This document shows positions 51,661-64,000 of a stretch of 64,000 bases of DNA, piece by piece. The notes beneath the pieces are model-generated. The model was not told the DNA's origin. It did not search any database and was given only the letters and a program-made list of their open reading frames with translations. Both the position numbers and the translations under genes were made by a program. Source of the stretch: Octopus bimaculoides (taxonomy: Eukaryota); assembly GCF_001194135.2 (NCBI RefSeq), contig NC_068982.1, positions 107,144,064 through 107,208,063 of the forward strand, in the 5' to 3' direction. Within the stretch, counting starts at the first letter, position 1; each line of letters starts with the position of its first letter.

Positions 51661-52665
51661 TGTCATTGGAAGCTAAAACTTTGCAAATCCTTACACTGAA
51701 TTTCTAGTTTCCAGCATTTGGTCGAATATTTAATTGTCTGAAGATCGTAAAGAAGAAAATCAGAAATGATTTCTGAAATTTCAGCTTACAATACATTATA
51801 TTTTATTACTCTACTTTCCGTGTTGTGTGTTCTCTTTCTTTCATATTGTTTTCACGTAAGTGTTCACACACAACATCTGGTGATTGTATGTGTATGTGTG
51901 TGTTTATGTATATTTTTTTTTGTATGTGTGTGCCCGCATTCGTCATGCATGTGAGTGTCTGTATGTGTGTGGGGATTTGTGTGTTTGTGCGCGTTTGTGC
52001 GTTAATGCGGGTAGTATTTATATGTATTCGTGTGCGCGTGTGATATTATCTTAACTCCCACCGATTTTCGTAATTAACTTCTGATATTTACAACCTGCTA
52101 AGGTTAGAGCAAAGCTGGGTTTGGGTTTGAGTGAATTACGGTTAGGATAGGGACTAATATTAAGAGTGGATTAGAATTGGGACTAACTGNNNNNNNNNNN
52201 NNNNNNNNNNNNNNNNNNNNNNNNNNNNNNNNNNNNNNNNNNNNNNNNNNNNNNNNNNNNNNNNNNNNNNNNNNNNNNNNNNNNNNNNNNNNNNNNNNNN
52301 NNNNNNNNNNNNNNNNNNNNNNNNNNNNNNNNNNNNNNNNNNNNNNNNNNNNNNNNNNNNNNNNNNNNNNNNNNNNNNNNNNNNNNNNNNNNNNNNNNNN
52401 NNNNNNNNNNNNNNNNNNNACATACACACATACATACATACATACATACATACTTAAAAACATATATACATATATTCATAGTCATACATACATACATACA
52501 TACATACATACATACATACATACATACATACGACGGACACCCACATAGTTTCCTTTCGCGAAATACATTCACAAGGCTCGGGGCTATTGCCCAAGACGCC
52601 ATGCAGTGAGACTAAGCTCAAAGCATGGTGATTTAAACTCCTATTAATTATTATTATTATTATCA

Positions 52666-53573
<908 letters not shown>

Positions 53574-54594
53574 GGTATAGGTAGATGAGACGGGCATCGG
53601 CTATGACACGTTTCAGGGACTCCGAGATGAGTGAAAGGAAGAGAACAAGTAATCCTCTTGCAATCGAGTAGACTTCGCTAAAAGCATTAAATTAGACTGG
53701 CTGGCTAATTTAAGCCTATAATCCAAGAACAGAAACGGTCATTCCTATTGACTTCCACTCTAAATGTTTCTAATAAGACTTCCACTGATAAATTTCACTA
53801 ATGAAGTTTTAATTGATCCACAGTTATACTGGCAGAAACTTGTCCAGCGTGCGGTCCAAATGAACACTATTTATACCATTAATCCTTGAAATCGACGGTT
53901 CTCAAACTGGCAAATACCAGCCCAACATACCGCCCAACTCCACCCCACTCCACCCACTCCACCCCACTCCACNNNNNNNNNNNNNNNNNNNNNNNNNNNN
54001 NNNNNNNNNNNNNNNNNNNNNNNNNNNNNNNNNNNNNNNNNNNNNNNNNNNNNNNNNNNNNNNNNNNNNNNNNNNNNNNNNNNNNNNNNNNNNNNNNNNN
54101 NNNNNNNNNNNNNNNNNNNNNNNNNNNNNNNNNNNNNNNNNNNNNNNNNNNNNNNNNNNNNNNNNNNNNNNNNNNNNNNNNNNNNNNNNNNNNNNNNNNN
54201 NNNNNNNNNNNNNNNNNNNNNNNNNNNNNNNNNNNNNNNNNNNNNNNNNNNNNNNNNNNNNNNNNNNNNNNNNNNNNNNNNNNNNNNNNNNNNNNNNNNN
54301 NNNNNNNNNNNNNNNNNNNNNNNNNNNNNNNNNNNNNNNNNNNNNNNNNNNNNNNNNNNNNNNNNNNNNNNNNNNNNNNNNNNNNNNNNNNNNNNNNNNN
54401 NNNNNNNNNNNNNNNNNNNNNNNNNNNNNNNNNNNNNNNNNNNNNNNNNNNNNNNNNNNNNNNNNNNNNNNNNNNNNNNNNNNNNNNNNNNAGCCGCTAA
54501 GTTACGGTTGTCAAGCGGTAGGAAGGCGGGGGGGGGGACTATTACAGACACTGAGACATTCAAACATGCATTATATATATATATATATTCTTTT

Positions 54595-55015
54595 ATTCTT
54601 TTACTTGTTTCAGTCATTTCACTGCGGCCATGCTGGAGCACCGACTTAAAGGGTTTTAGTCGAAGAAATCGACCCCGAGAATAATTCTTTGTAAGCCTAC
54701 TACTTATTCTATCGATCTCTTTTACCGAACCGCTAGGTTACGGAGACATAGACACACCAGCATCGGTTGTCGAGCAATGGCGTTGGGGGTACAAACAAAC
54801 ACACACACACACACACAAATACGAATACAAATGCATATATATATATATATATACGACAGGCTTCTTTCAGTTTCCATCTACCAAATCCACTCACGAAGCT
54901 TTGGTAGACTCGAGGCTATAGTAGAAGACATTTGCCCAAAGTGCGACGCAGTGGGACTGAACCTGGAACCATGTGTTTGAGAAACAAGCTTCTTACCACA
55001 CAGCCACGCTTGCAC
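54595..55015 (-). mobile_element. Near full-length OR/CORE-like SINE
   Basis: Complete head, CORE-like segment, internal TG/TA run and tail. Confidence 0.8.
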
Positions 55016-55303
55016 CATGTAAACTTAATTAAACACGACAGTTTGTCCACCTCACTTTCGATCCTTAGAGGCCTATTTCCCTATCAGAAGCACTACTCTA
55101 GACTCAAACTTCCTCTTTTTCACTCTTCACTAAAATGAACAAATAACTAAATAAATTAATAAAATATAACAATGTTACTGTAATCTGTTATATCTAGTAA
55201 TAGTTTTTTTGCAGGAAAAATTAACAAATAAAATATGCATAACAAAAAATTATTTGAAAAAATTTAAAATAAAAGCATTCCAATCAAAATATTAAGTGTG
55301 TTT

Positions 55304-55358
<55 letters not shown>

Positions 55359-55468
55359 ATAGATAGTGGGACTGTTTATTCTTTCCATCTTCAACTGAGG
55401 CTTATGATGTTCAGTATCAGGATTTGATGAAAATATACATACACACACACACTCAGACTTGTATGTAA

Positions 55469-55499
<31 letters not shown>

Positions 55500-57595
55500 T
55501 GTATCTATCTATCTATCTATCACGCTCTCTTTCTTTATATATATGTATATATANNNNNNNNNNNNNNNNNNNNNNNNNNNNNNNNNNNNNNNNNNNNNNN
55601 NNNNNNNNNNNNNNNNNNNNNNNNNNNNNNNNNNNNNNNNNNNNNNNNNNNNNNNNNNNNNNNNNNNNNNNNNNNNNNNNNNNNNNNNNNNNNNNNNNNN
55701 NNNNNNNNNNNNNNNNNNNNNNNNNNNNNNNNNNNNNNNNNNNNNNNNNNNNNNNNNNNNNNNNNNNNNNNNNNNNNNNNNNNNNNNNNNNNNNNNNNNN
55801 NAGAGAGAGAGAGAGAGAAAGAGAGAGATGCGCGCGTCCCATTCCTTTCCACTTAGATTTGTGTTGATGCATAACAAAAAAAAAAAAAATCAAAAATACT
55901 GTGGAATAATAAAAGTAAATGCTATATCATACAAATATCATACTATAAATACTATATTATTGCTAAAATTACTTGAAAGTCTATTTATAGCCCTACTCTT
56001 TAAAATCTCATTCAGATAACACCGTAAGTAAGCTGTAATTATAAACACTAAGTATATAGCATTATATACAGAATATAATTGTTCTTATAACACATAACAT
56101 AAAATTCCATGTGTGAATATCAATATTCTTAAGAGAATTCTAAAGAGCCTGGTGCTTCTGAAAATAAACCAATATTCTGAAGAGAACTGTAGAGTGCGTA
56201 TTAAGTAGATGTAATCTCTTGGCAATCCAAGGCCTCAACTCGGTATCGATTCTCGGTGGTTAGCATTCATGTAGTTATGTCACTGATATTATTTAGAAAG
56301 TTATAAGCGTCACACACGTTCTTATTTGCCCATAGTTGTAGGTCCGAAGCCTTGTGGTTATGTAAGAAATCGATACTCAACGGAAATCTATAGATTCTGA
56401 TATCAAATTCGAAAACGAAATTCGATAAAAGATACACACTGATCTGCATCATGCAACATCAAATTTTGTACAGACCTTTATATTTTTATATGAAATTCTA
56501 TTTTTATATCTGAACATATATGAAATACACATAGTATATTATTCTCTACCGATTTAGAGATATTAATACTAAAAATTTATATGACTTGAGTATATAAATT
56601 TATTTACACAGTTATATAATTTAATACGATTTTCCGTAGAGATCTATATTGTTTAATATGAAATTTTATCCGTACACCATGGTAAATAAAACGAAAGATA
56701 GTGGACGCTCAAAATTCTTATTCTAACTCTTTAATATTTAATGCTTCAGTCTGTCAGCCATAGAGTATAACCACGGCAGTTGTTAGCTGCACTTTGCTGG
56801 GGGGGGGGGAGGTAGGTGCACATTCCACTTCATAATATCCTAGTGCTGATGAAGCCAGGAAAAAGAAATTGTTATAATGCAAACAGAACGTCTTTGTTTG
56901 GACGCTGTATTATAGCGAGAATTCTTTCTACATAGCTTACATGTATCTCGGAATCGCTAGTGTGTACGTGTCCCACGTACTACATAACAGCCTTGTGTAC
57001 AGGTGCAATATTAGATAAGAGTTTAGCAGCACATTAGAACATATATTGCAGCAGCTTGCACAGGTAATTTCTGCGCAAATCAATCTCATCTATAGACAAG
57101 TAGACTACTACAGAATAGCATTACTATTATTGATATATTAATGTGTATCTCAATATAACCACATAAACATAGATAGATATGAACAAAACAAAAAAGAAAA
57201 GAAAAGAAAAGAAAAAGAGAAGAAACGAAAAGAACGAAAGAAACAAAGAAACAAAGAAACCAAGATAATTTGTATCGTCTGCTAGAAATTAAAAATTATA
57301 AACGCAAGAGATCGTTTTGGAAAGTGGTGGTGGTGGTGGTGGTGGTGACGGGAATGAATGAGTGTTACGACAAAAAGTGAAAAGGCAAATTAATAGCACA
57401 TTTCAACTGAATAAATGTAGCAGTAAACTATCTTTAACAAATTATCCCCTTAAAAATAAACGAAGTAAGAAAAATGTTTTTCGATTTTACTCTCCTATGT
57501 AAGTTTAGAAAACATAAACGATAACTACAGATACGAACATGCGTACACATATATAGGAAAAAGGAAAAACAAAACAAAACAAATGTAATATTTAC

Positions 57596-57748
57596 CTTAA
57601 AAAGCACACCAACAATGGCTTTGTTGTCTATTTTAGAAGGATTAAAATCTTGGACGTTCAAAGCTCCGATACGCGGGAATGTAGCGTAGGATAGAGGGAC
57701 AATAGTCAGTAATAAAAGACATTTGAGAAATTGGTTATCAGTGGGCAT
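57596..57748 (-). CDS. DNASE1: DNase I-family secreted endonuclease-like gene, first coding exon (signal peptide plus mature N-terminus)
   Basis: Translates MPTDNQFLKCLLLLTIVPLSYA|TFPRIGALNVQDFNPSKIDNKAIVGVLFK. It has a hydrophobic signal peptide, then an ungapped match to DNase I LKIAAFNIQTFGETKMSNATLVSYIVQ (N7, Q9, F11, K15, N18 kept). Ends AAG|gtaaat, a phase-0 donor at the same codon as the vertebrate DNASE1 intron. Start context is gcaacATG. The symbol denotes family, not proven orthology. Confidence 0.88.
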
Positions 57749-57774
57749 GTTGCGTGTATTAGATGACGGCTAAG

Positions 57775-57845
57775 CTGAAAGTACAGACTCATACAGTCTG
57801 AATGTGCAATATATAAGGCGGGATTCTACTTGAGCATAAGCCAAT
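57775..57845 (-). promoter_or_regulatory. Putative proximal promoter of the DNase I-like gene, or acceptor of an upstream non-coding exon
   Basis: On the minus strand, in order: ATTGG (inverted CCAAT, 57845-57841), CCCGCC (57822-57817) and TTATATATT (57816-57808), about 60 nt upstream of the ATG. An alternative acceptor tactttcag lies at 57775. Confidence 0.3.
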
Positions 57846-57869
57846 AGGAAAGTGGATAGGGGTTTATGA

Positions 57870-57921
57870 TTTATTTTTAGTGTGTATGTGTGTGTGTGTG
57901 CGTGCGTATGTGCGTGCGTGC

Positions 57922-57953
<32 letters not shown>

Positions 57954-58118
57954 GNNNNNNNNNNTGTGCGTGTGTGCGTACGCGCGTATAAGTGTGCGTG
58001 CAGTGAATGTGAATCTATATGTGCTTGTCATTGTGTCTGTGTGTGCGAGCACGGGCATTCTTGCAAAATCATGCGCATGCGAACATACATACATACATAT
58101 AAATATATGTGTGTGTGT

Positions 58119-58157
<39 letters not shown>

Positions 58158-58843
58158 TCACACACACATTCAAATACATATATACTCATAAACATACACA
58201 CTTACATATACATGTGTGTATGTGCGTGCGTTTATGTGTGTGTGTGTGTGTGTGTGTGTGGATACACACACACATATACCCGTCTACCACACTCACACAT
58301 GTATACACGCACACACGCACACACACGCACACACTCACTAATACACTCACACACCATACAAGTGTCTATCTGTCTCGCTTACTGAAATAAATTTTGTCAC
58401 CAGAGTATTAACTACATAACTATTTCAATTCTGCTTATAACTTTTTGAATGTTTTGTTTTTAAATTCCATCCAAGTCATTATATTGTAATTTCCTGGAAT
58501 TTCAACTTGAAAACTGTGTACCACTCATTGGCATTACAGCCATTTTTTTCCTATTTTTGTCTTAATTAGGTTTTTACTTTCCGTGTTTATTCTCCAATTC
58601 AAACGCGTTCAAATTTAGTTGATGTGCCTATTATACTCATAAACACACATGCAGGCACAAATTCATATATACGAATATATATGTGTGCGTGTGTGTGCGT
58701 GCGTGCGTGCGTGCGTGCGTGTGTGTGTGTGTGTGTGAATGTATGCCTGTGTATGTATGTATGTCTGTATATATATGTGTGTATATATATATGTGTGTGT
58801 GTGCATGTGTGTTGTGTGTGCGTGTGTATGCATATACACACGG

Positions 58844-58878
<35 letters not shown>

Positions 58879-58881
58879 CAT

Positions 58882-58913
<32 letters not shown>

Positions 58914-58966
58914 GTATATGCACACATACATACTAATATATATGTACATAACACATGTATGAGTAT

Positions 58967-59011
<45 letters not shown>

Positions 59012-59027
59012 TATATATGTATGTATG

Positions 59028-59063
<36 letters not shown>

Positions 59064-59100
59064 GACGTATGTATGTATACACATGCATATTTATTTGTAA
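57870..59100. repeat. Large RY-alternating microsatellite mosaic (TG, TGCG, TA, CA) upstream of the DNase exon 1
   Basis: Direct reading. Confidence 0.95.
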
Positions 59101-59859
59101 AACAAATGATGTGTCTGTCCCATGTTGTGCAACAATATACTTTTCTATTACCATAGCAATTCAAAAGCATTTTGCTATATTTACGATATCGAGAAACTAT
59201 TAAATCTATTACGACCTTTTTTTGTTATCCTTTTTAATTTATAATATATCTAATAATTTCCCAATATTTTAATTCATTCTAGTTGCTAAAACTGTTCGTC
59301 TGTTCGTCCATTCCGCTGTTTAATTAATATGGATCGTTGCAACAATATATACAATGAATGACATAGAACCACATAACGAAAGAAAAGAGACGAGTAACAA
59401 AAGCCAGAGGTATTGATTTTCGTGATTAAAAGTATCTATTAAAATATACTTCAGTCTTGTTCTCGTCAGTTAAGTGAACTGAGTCCCATAGAATAATGCA
59501 AAGTGTCTTGCCAACGAACTGTACTGAACGTTTGTACACCTGCAGCAGTGCAGGAACTGGAACAGTGTGTGTGTTTGCATGTGTGTATTTATGAGCTTAT
59601 CTTTTTTATTGTTGATCTTTTACTAGTTTCAGTGATTGAACTGCGGCCATGTATGGGTACAGCCTTGAAAAGTTTGTCGAACAAATCGACCCCAATACTT
59701 AGAATAATGCATAAACACCCTTAGTATTTATTCCGTCTGTCTCTTTTGCCAAGCCGTAATGTTACGGGGACGTAAACAAACCAACACCAGTTATCAAGCA
59801 GGGGAGGGGAGCAAAAACATACACAAACACACACGCGCACACACCACACACACGCACAC

Positions 59860-59897
<38 letters not shown>

Positions 59898-61298
59898 NNN
59901 NNNNNNNNNNNNNNNNNNNNNNNNNNNNNNNNNNNNNNNNNNNNNNNNNNNNNNNNNNNNNNNNNNNNNNNNNNNNNNNNNNNNNNNNNNNNNNNNNNNN
60001 NNNNNNNNNNNNNNNNNNNNNNNNNNNNNNNNNNNNNNNNNNNNNNNNNNNNNNNNNNNNNNNNNNNNNNNNNNNNNNNNNNNNNNNNNNNNNNNNNNNN
60101 NNNNNNNNNNNNNNNNNNNNNNNNNNNNNNNNNNNNNNNNNNNNNNNNNNNNNNNNNNNNNNNNNNNNNNNNNNNNNNNNNNNNNNNNNNNNNNNNNNNN
60201 NNNNNNNNNNNNNNNNNNNNNNNNNNNNNNNNNNNNNNNNNNNNNNNNNNNNNNNNNNNNNNNNNNNNNNNNNNNNNNNNNNNNNNNNNNNNNNNNNNNN
60301 NNNNNNNNNNNNNNNNNNNNNNNNNNNNNNNNNNNNNNNNNNNNNNNNNNNNNNNNNNNNNNNNNNNNNNNNNNNNNNNNNNNNNNNNNNNNNNNNNNNN
60401 NNNNNNNNNNNNNNNNNNNNNNNNNNNNNNNNNNNNNNNNNNNNNNNNNNNNNNNNNNNNNNNNNNNNNNNNNNNNNNNNNNNNNNNNNNNNNNNNNNNN
60501 NNNNNNNNNNNNNNNNNNNNNNNNNNNNNNNNNNNNNNNNNNNNNNNNNNNNNNNNNNNNNNNNNNNNNNNNNNNNNNNNNNNNNNNNNNNNNNNACTGG
60601 GACACACACATAGTAAATCTGAAACTGCTTTATTCCAAGATTAAAACAAAAAATTATTTTATATGAGATTTCGTTAATAAATAGACAAATGTTGAAAAAA
60701 AAAAAAATAAATAACGGTGATTTTAACTCACAGCATCCAATTATTAAACATTCATAATTGGAATGAATAAATAAAATTGAATATTAAGTATTTATGGAAT
60801 TTTGATTTACTGTCGGGTGACATTTGGCCAACCTTGTATAAACGCACACACACATATGTATGCATGTATGTATGTATGTAAGTATGTATGTATCCACGCG
60901 ACGGGTTTTTTGCTGTAGAAAACAATTGCCCGAGGTGCCACGCAGTGGGACTGAGACCAGAACCATGTAATTGTGAAGCAAACTTCTTAACATATCTGCC
61001 GTTTTTTTTATACATTTGTCCCTCCATCATTGCTTAACAATCGGAGTTGGGTTGTTTACATCTCGTAACTTAGCTATTTGGCAAAAGAGACCAACAGAAT
61101 GAGTATCAGACTTTAAAAAAAATGCAAATACTTGGGACGATTTGATCGACAAAGCCCTTCAAGCCGGGACCCCGGCATGGTCGAAGTCCAATGACTGAAA
61201 CAAGTGAAAGATAAGAATAGCCGGTAACTTTAAAATTGTTGTGCTCCAGTATGGCCATTGTACGGTGACTGAAAGCAGTGAAAGGATAAGAAAATATT

Positions 61299-61738
61299 GG
61301 TTTAAAATTTTGGCACAAGGCCAGAAATTTCAAAGGAGTGGGTAAGTCGATTACACCGACCCCAATACTCAACTGGTACTTATTTTATCGACTCCGAAAG
61401 GATGAAAATCAAAGCCGACCTCGGCGGAATTTGAACTTAGAATGTAAAGACGGACGAAATGCCACTAAGTATTTTGCCCAGCACGGTAACGATTCTGGCA
61501 GCCACCGCCTTCAAGAATAAGAAAATATTAGTTTCAAATTTTGGAACAAGGCCATCAAGTTTTGGGGTGGGGTAAGTCGATTATATCGACCCCAGTGCTC
61601 AACTGGTACTTATTTTATCAAATCCGAAGGTTGAAAAGCAAGTCGACCTTGGCGGAATTTGAACGTAAAGACGGACGAAATGCTGCTAAGCATTTTTTCC
61701 GGAACAGTTACGACTCTGCCAGCTCACCGCCTTGAAGA
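61299..61738 (-). mobile_element. Two tandem OK-like SINEs separated and flanked by the same 13-bp sequence
   Basis: ataagaaaatatt at 61286-61298, 61517-61529 and 61739-61751. Confidence 0.8.
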
Positions 61739-62997
61739 ATAAGAAAATATTAAAATATGAAAATAAAAGAATATATTCCGCAAACTTCATCTGCAAGCAG
61801 AACAGATAAAAAATTTTGGTGTACAGAAATATTTCAGATGTCGAAAAATTATGAATTCATTAGATGTTGCTAGCTGTTTTTGTTGATATCAGTCATTATA
61901 TTTATACAAAATTTAAAATCAGGAATGCAAATCACGATGAATTTAGAGCTTATCATTGCTAGAACGATGATGCAGAGTTCTTTTTAAATATGTGATTATG
62001 AAAGTGAATGTTAAAATGTAACATTTCTGCTCAATTTAACTGAAATAAATAATTCGTGGGTTATTTGAGATAAATCGAGCGGAAATGATTCTTCCAGGAT
62101 AGCGTTTCCCAAAATGATTTCCGATAAACTTGGCGTTTTGTGAAAAATTCTAGTCGTTCCACAACGAAATAAGTTCGGAAACCACTGCTGGCCGTGTCAT
62201 AATAAAAATAATTTATTTGTATATTTTCTTCTATTTTTCCACTATTTTCTTAATAATTATTATTATTGATTGTCTGCCGAAAATTTAGTTGTTTGGTTGC
62301 CTTGGATGAGAATAGTCAGAAAAACTATTTTTATTTTCTAATATTTCGAACTAAAATGACGGTGATTTGGTAGAAACGTCAGAGCATCGAATAGAAATTT
62401 TCATTACAGTATAGAGTTACTTTTCTCATATTCTGGGTTCAATTCCAACTGAGACCAATTTTGTTTTTACACTTTGGGGTTCGATAAATAAAGCACTTAC
62501 ATAATACTGAGATCAATATAATTCTATTATACCCCTTCTTCAAATTTGAATCATACCTATGTTAGAAATCAATATTTTAATTACAGAACTTGTTATTTAA
62601 ATTAGAGAAAAAACCAATAAAGATTAGATAGTTTCTCAGTAAAATATTCCATTTGAGTGATGCTGTCGATGTTTAACCCCAAGTCAATCCTCAAAAGCTA
62701 TGCATATGACCAAATGTATGATCAGCTATGAAAATGTATAACCAGCTATGAAAATTTCATAGAGTTTACAGTCACAGCATATTTAGCATCACATTAAAAC
62801 CATGTTTCCTTTTAAGATAGTAAAGAGTGAGACTAAGCTGTTATTTCTAGTAAATAGTATGATCATAGTCTCTATGGCACAATTGGTTGGAATAGCGTAA
62901 ATGATATTCGTAGTTTTCGTAGTGTATGAGATTCACAATAAGGATGCAGTTTATAGAAACATAATCTGGGTCTTTCCTTTGCCTTATTATCCTACAG

Positions 62998-63078
62998 CTG
63001 ACATATGTGAACACCTGGCACATAGAGAGCGTATTAGAGGATGAGATGAAGAATGAAAATGTATTTCACGTACGCGAA
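62998..63078 (+). other. Exon-like segment of unknown gene (81 nt, phase 0-0)
   Basis: tctttcctttgccttattatcctacag|...CGCGAA|gtaaga. Open frame LTYVNTWHIESVLEDEMKNENVFHVRE. No family recognised. Confidence 0.15.
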
Positions 63079-63150
63079 GTAAGAGACCATTATCAGAATA
63101 ACGAACGATTTCTGTAACGTAAAATGTTAACATTAATGTATACATACAAT

Positions 63151-63181
<31 letters not shown>

Positions 63182-64000
63182 CATTCTTTCATCCGCATGT
63201 GTGTGTGTGTCTGTGCGCGCGTGCGCGTGCATGCGCGTATGTGTGTGTGCGTGTGTGCACGCGCCCGCATGTGTAATACAATGGCGTGCAGAGGCAAATA
63301 CACATATACACATATACACATAGGCATATATACATATGTACCCCCCCCCACACACACACACACTCACACACACTCACACACACTTCGCAAAATCTTGAGA
63401 GTTCCGCCCCTCAAAGATTAGTGTAAAGATTAAATATTTAAAACATAAAACGTCACGGATAAATATCAAATATCTTTTTAAAATAGCTTTTCGGATTTTA
63501 ATTGTTTCCAAAACAAATTTAAATGAGATAGAGCAAGTATATTTGTTGAGATTTAAATGAGAATGAGTAAAAGAGAAGAAAGGAAGTTTAATATGGATGT
63601 TAAGTACCGAGTAATCTGATGAAATAGTAAGAATAGAATAAAGTTAAGTCTAAAACAAAAACAAACGACCATAGATAAGAGAAACAAGAAGTTTAAAGTG
63701 GTAAAGCATGACCGCAATTGTTGGTGATAATGAGAGTGCTAAGATTTGAAAAGAAAAATAAACCAAAACTGAGTGTTTTATTTAATTGGTAACAATTATT
63801 TTATATGCAGAGATATGTAAGTGCTTACATTTAGAGCCAATCTAATGGGTTGCAAGGTTTCTCTGTGCCAAGGAACAAAGGCACTTTAGATGCCCTAATT
63901 TAATAGAAACAACAGATCAGAGAATATTTTGTGCGTCTTTACACCTGAGACTGGAAATGACTGCTCCACCGTCGTTTCTCTCTTTCTTTTGGTACATTTC

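Noticed and set aside
52104-52189. Degenerate GGGTT(A/T)-like runs (also 28735-28770)
   Set aside because: Too degenerate and short for interstitial telomere; such runs are common inside invertebrate repeats.

Overview
AT-rich, repeat-dense eukaryotic genomic DNA with many N gaps, almost all flanked by microsatellites. The SINE families (OK-like and OR/CORE-like) and the microsatellite load point to an octopod cephalopod; that assignment is inferred from recalled repeat families, not from a search. One host gene is recognisable: a secreted DNase I-family gene on the minus strand. Exon 1 (57748-57596) encodes a signal peptide plus RIGALNVQDF, exon 2 (10090-9993) encodes IVARYEIVFLQQIK, and a probable exon 3 lies at about 8589-8401. 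The first two intron positions and phases match vertebrate DNASE1, and intron 1 is about 47.5 kb. The protein is unusual: the Mg-binding Glu39 is Gln, and the conserved S-E-x-x-G-R-x-x-x-K/R-E-x-x-L-F motif sits in the +1 frame of exon 3 between two A-homopolymers. I could not confidently find the catalytic C-terminal exons. The rest of the window is transposon debris: mariner, maT DD37D, Tigger/pogo, hAT-Buster, MITEs, RTE, CR1/L2, Tx1, two R4/Dong-clade LINE families with different microsatellite tails, and many SINEs. It also holds two foldback palindromes carrying hammerhead-ribozyme-like motifs, an ankyrin-like orphan exon and a diverged ~290-bp tandem triplet. Nearly all ORFs in the supplied track are microsatellite, gap or transposon artefacts.
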